Assembly: GCA_017962235.1 (NCBI GenBank)
Contig: JAGCVS010000013.1
Span: 54,418 to 118,417 of the forward strand
Direction: 5' to 3'
Source: Bacteroidales bacterium
Lineage (GTDB): Bacteria > Bacteroidota > Bacteroidia > Bacteroidales > UBA932
Length of the DNA: 64,000 nucleotides
The notes below the pieces were generated by a model. The model made no database searches. It was not told where the DNA came from and was given only the letters and a program-made list of their open reading frames with translations. A program made the translations under genes and the position numbers. Shown piece after piece: positions 61,738 to 64,000 of this stretch. The number at the start of each line of letters is the position of its first letter. Within the stretch, counting starts at the first letter, position 1.

Positions 61738-61743
61738 GTACGG

Positions 61744-63138
61744 TTATTTCTTTACGAACTCTACGCGGCGGTTCTTTGCGCGACCCTCATCGGTGTTGTT
61801 GTCTGCGATAGGGACGTGGGAACCTTTACCAACGGCAGTGAGGCGCTCTTTGGCGATGCCCTGCTCTACCAGGGCGGCAACGATGGCCTCTGCGCGCTTC
61901 TGGCTCAGCGGATCGTTCACCTTATCTGAGCCTGTGGAATCGCAGTGACCCTGCACCTCGAACTTGAGGGACGAATCGTCTTTCATAAGCTTGGCGATGC
62001 GGTTAATCTCTACCATAGATTCGGGCTTGAGATCTGCCTTGCCGGTCTCAAAGGTTATGGCATAGGTCACAATCTTGCCGTCTGAAGCAAGGCGGTCGTA
62101 CAGAGGCACTGCGCCCTTGGCAATGCGGACGTTGGAGATGCAGCCAAACTTGTAGGCGCCCTGGTGAACGAACCAGAAATGGGAAGGTACCTTGGCGTTG
62201 GGGATATTGATTACCCTCATCCCGTTCACATAACCTTTAAAAGCGCGCTTGTTGAAGGAGAATGCGATGTGATTCCATGCATTGTCTTTCAAAGGAGTGT
62301 TGGGCGAATCCAGATACATGTCCTTTTCTCCGAAGATATCATCTCCGCCGTTGGGCTTCTGGGCAGTCCAGTGCATGGAGGCGCCTCCATCCGTTGCCCG
62401 GAACCATAAAGCCCCATAAATTACCCTTCCATTCCAGTTGGGAAGGTCCGGATTTCCGAAAGCAAACTCCAGTGAGCTGTCGTTGAAACCATCCCCTTCT
62501 CCAGTTTCCAGGTAAACGTCAAATTCGAGCGTAAACACATCCGGCAGGAAGTGTTGCTGGTCCTTCATCAGAGGCTGGATTTCTGCGTATCCATCGTCCG
62601 TGAAGGCAATCACCTTGCGGCCGTTGATGGAACCCACCTCTGCATAACCGCCCATCAGATCCCACTGGGAGGGGAACTCGCCCAGCTTTTCGCCAGAGAA
62701 GTCATCGTCAAAGATAATCTCATCTCCAGGGACAAAGTCGCTCTTGGCATATGCGGATTCCGCTTGCTTCTTGGGAGCAGCAGCCTTCTTCTCCGGCTTC
62801 TCTGCCTTTGCGGGAGCAGCTTCTTCTTCACCTTCAGCTGCGGGGCGCTTTGTGCCGCACTCCTCGCAGAACTTGCCGGTGTTCTCTGCACCGCATTCAG
62901 GGCATGTCCAGGTAGCATCGTTCTTCTCTTCTTCCTGGTCTTTCTGCTTCTTGTTCTTCTTTATCTTCTTGTTGAAGACACCGTCTATGGCATCGTTCAC
63001 GCCCTGTTCAACCTTGTTGCCCACGTTGCTTTCCATAGCATCCTTGGCCCTGTCGCCAAGCCTCTGCAGGAGGCCCTGGGCGCTTGCACTGCCGCCCAGC
63101 ATAGCCAGCACGGCGATTGACATAAGAAATCTTTTCAT
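61744..63138 (-). CDS. OmpA-family protein with signal peptide, zinc ribbon, charged linker and LamG-like domain
   Basis: Start placed at ATG 63136-63138 (MKRFLMSIAVLAMLGGSASAQ). Zinc ribbon WTCPECGAENTGKFCEECG, an E/K/A/P-rich linker, and a jelly-roll-like middle (NAWNHIAFSFNKRAFKGYVNG). OmpA_C end: LSQKRAEAIVAALVEQGI...NRRVEFVKK. Confidence 0.8.
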   Translation of the reverse strand: MKRFLMSIAVLAMLGGSASAQGLLQRLGDRAKDAMESNVGNKVEQGVNDAIDGVFNKKIKKNKKQKDQEEEKNDATWTCPECGAENTGKFCEECGTKRPAAEGEEEAAPAKAEKPEKKAAAPKKQAESAYAKSDFVPGDEIIFDDDFSGEKLGEFPSQWDLMGGYAEVGSINGRKVIAFTDDGYAEIQPLMKDQQHFLPDVFTLEFDVYLETGEGDGFNDSSLEFAFGNPDLPNWNGRVIYGALWFRATDGGASMHWTAQKPNGGDDIFGEKDMYLDSPNTPLKDNAWNHIAFSFNKRAFKGYVNGMRVINIPNAKVPSHFWFVHQGAYKFGCISNVRIAKGAVPLYDRLASDGKIVTYAITFETGKADLKPESMVEINRIAKLMKDDSSLKFEVQGHCDSTGSDKVNDPLSQKRAEAIVAALVEQGIAKERLTAVGKGSHVPIADNNTDEGRAKNRRVEFVKK

Positions 63139-63181
63139 TTTATATGAGTTTATTATCAATTGCAACGGTGCACTGAATATC

Positions 63182-63200
63182 CAAAATTAAGCCAAAAATA
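63182..63200 (-). promoter_or_regulatory. Two candidate minus-strand -7 boxes (TAATTTTG, TATTTTTG) for the ompA-like operon
   Basis: The plus strand reads caaaatta (63182-63189) and caaaaata (63193-63200), 44-62 nt upstream of ATG 63138. Confidence 0.3.
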
Positions 63201-63259
63201 GAAAACCACCAAATTGTAGTGTTATTTCCGGTTTTATGCTCCGGAAGGCAAAGCGGGTC

Positions 63260-63272
63260 TTTTTTTTTTTTT
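63260..63272. repeat. Homopolymeric T13 (A13 on the minus strand) tract in a divergent intergenic region
   Basis: Read directly as gggtc-ttttttttttttt-c-ttttt. It lies between the ompA-like operon and the DUF3575 gene. Confidence 0.9.
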
Positions 63273-63394
63273 CTTTTTAAATCGGAAAAAATTTTCGGAG
63301 CCAGTTTCCTAATATGTCGTGATTTAGTATCCGAAAGAGTTGCGGAATCGGAAAAACCTTGCTTATACACATATATAAGAGGGATTTTTTGTGG

Positions 63395-63402
63395 TAAATT
63401 TG
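63395..63402 (+). promoter_or_regulatory. Candidate -7 promoter box (TAAATTTG) for the DUF3575 gene
   Basis: Matches TAnnTTTG, 14 nt upstream of ATG 63417. Confidence 0.4.
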
Positions 63403-63416
63403 CAAGTTGAAATGAT

Positions 63417-64000
63417 ATGACAAAGTATTTTCATATCACCTGTAAATGGGTCGTAGCCCTGCTCGCAGTGCTTGTCCTGAACGGACAGCTGGCGAAGGCT
63501 CAGGATCTGTCGGTGCGCAACAACCTTATCTACGATGCATCTGGTACTCTAAATATCGGTCTGGAGCACCCCATTGCAAAACAGATGAGCGTGGGCGTGA
63601 ACGCCGGCTTCAAATCGTGGCCGCGCTTCCTTTTTTGGGATACGGAATACGTGAACAATACCAAGCACTGGAAGCATTTTCTGGTGGCCCCGGAGTTCCG
63701 CTATTATCTTGACCAGGTTTACGACGGTCTGTATACAGGCGTCAACCTCATTTACACCCACTACAACGTGGGCAACGTCCGCTTCCCGTTTGGCCTTTAT
63801 CCCGATGTGGCCACCCACAGACTGCAGGGCGACTTCTTTGGCGCCGGTATCTTTGTGGGCTACTCCTGGTGGATAAGCGACCACTGGCGCGTAGAGGCAG
63901 AAGTGGGTCTGGGCGCCGGCCTTGCTGCATACGACCGCTTTGAGTGCGACCACTGCGGCACCCGTCTGGGCAACGAGAGCAAACCGGCGCTGGTTCCCAA
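63417..64000 (+). CDS. DUF3575-like outer-membrane protein, 5' part (runs off the right edge)
   Basis: Not in the ORF track because it has no stop. Translation from ATG 63417: MTKYFHITCKWVVALLAVLVLNGQLAKAQDLSVRNNLIYDASGTLNIGLEHPIAKQMSVGVNAGFKSWPRF...GAGIFVGYSWWISDHWRVEAEVGLG. This signal peptide plus beta-strand pattern is recalled from DUF3575 proteins that head Bacteroidales fimbrial-type loci. Confidence 0.65.
   Translation, partial: MTKYFHITCKWVVALLAVLVLNGQLAKAQDLSVRNNLIYDASGTLNIGLEHPIAKQMSVGVNAGFKSWPRFLFWDTEYVNNTKHWKHFLVAPEFRYYLDQVYDGLYTGVNLIYTHYNVGNVRFPFGLYPDVATHRLQGDFFGAGIFVGYSWWISDHWRVEAEVGLGAGLAAYDRFECDHCGTRLGNESKPALVP

Noticed and set aside
63260-63272. T13 run as a rho-independent terminator
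   Set aside because: No GC-rich hairpin lies immediately upstream (only a weak ttccgg/ccggaa stem 13 nt away). There is also no plus-strand gene upstream to terminate.

Overview
This 64-kb window looks like a chromosomal segment from a Bacteroidota (Bacteroidales-like) genome with fairly high G+C. Three things point to that taxon: TAnnTTTG -7 promoter boxes, no Shine-Dalgarno spacing, and typical families (CarboxypepD_reg TonB-dependent receptor + DUF4249, DUF3575). All calls come from reading the sequence and the ORF track; no searches were run.

Layout:
- 1-26.7 kb: housekeeping genes. These are pgk (partial), a methyltransferase, lgt, gcvP, the purH-mreBCD-mrdA-rodA shape cluster, ispD, a TonB receptor pair, radA, prmC, ddl, PBP1A, topA and lrp.
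- 26.8-29.0 kb: a visibly AT-richer islet carrying DUF805, an M56 BlaR1-like sensor protease and a BlaI repressor.
- 29.2-39.9 kb: the ribosomal-protein/secY/rpoA supercluster. It starts abruptly at rplP behind its own promoter. L5 has a 67-residue Ala/Lys/Pro/Glu-rich N-terminal extension and L17 has a similar C-terminal tail.
- 40-45.6 kb: an outer-membrane orphan, a deoxynucleoside kinase, an MBL hydrolase and uvrA.
- 45.6-64 kb: an accessory region with a lipoprotein serpin, GH78, a SASA esterase, a DUF4832-like protein, a DUF1566-like protein, a CotH lipoprotein, an FHS-type MFS transporter and the start of a DUF3575 gene.

The best candidate for something undescribed is at 55.2-63.1 kb. 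It is a Cys-x-Glu type glycyl radical enzyme with a degenerate Tat-like N-terminal leader. Its activase lies convergent to it with a 7-bp gap. The activase is the last gene of a tightly packed operon that also encodes a signal-peptide/zinc-ribbon/LamG/OmpA protein and a 1109-aa secreted TPR-like orphan.

No tRNA, rRNA, CRISPR array, transposase or integrase was recognised. Many long ORFs in the track are antisense artefacts of the G+C-rich coding strand.
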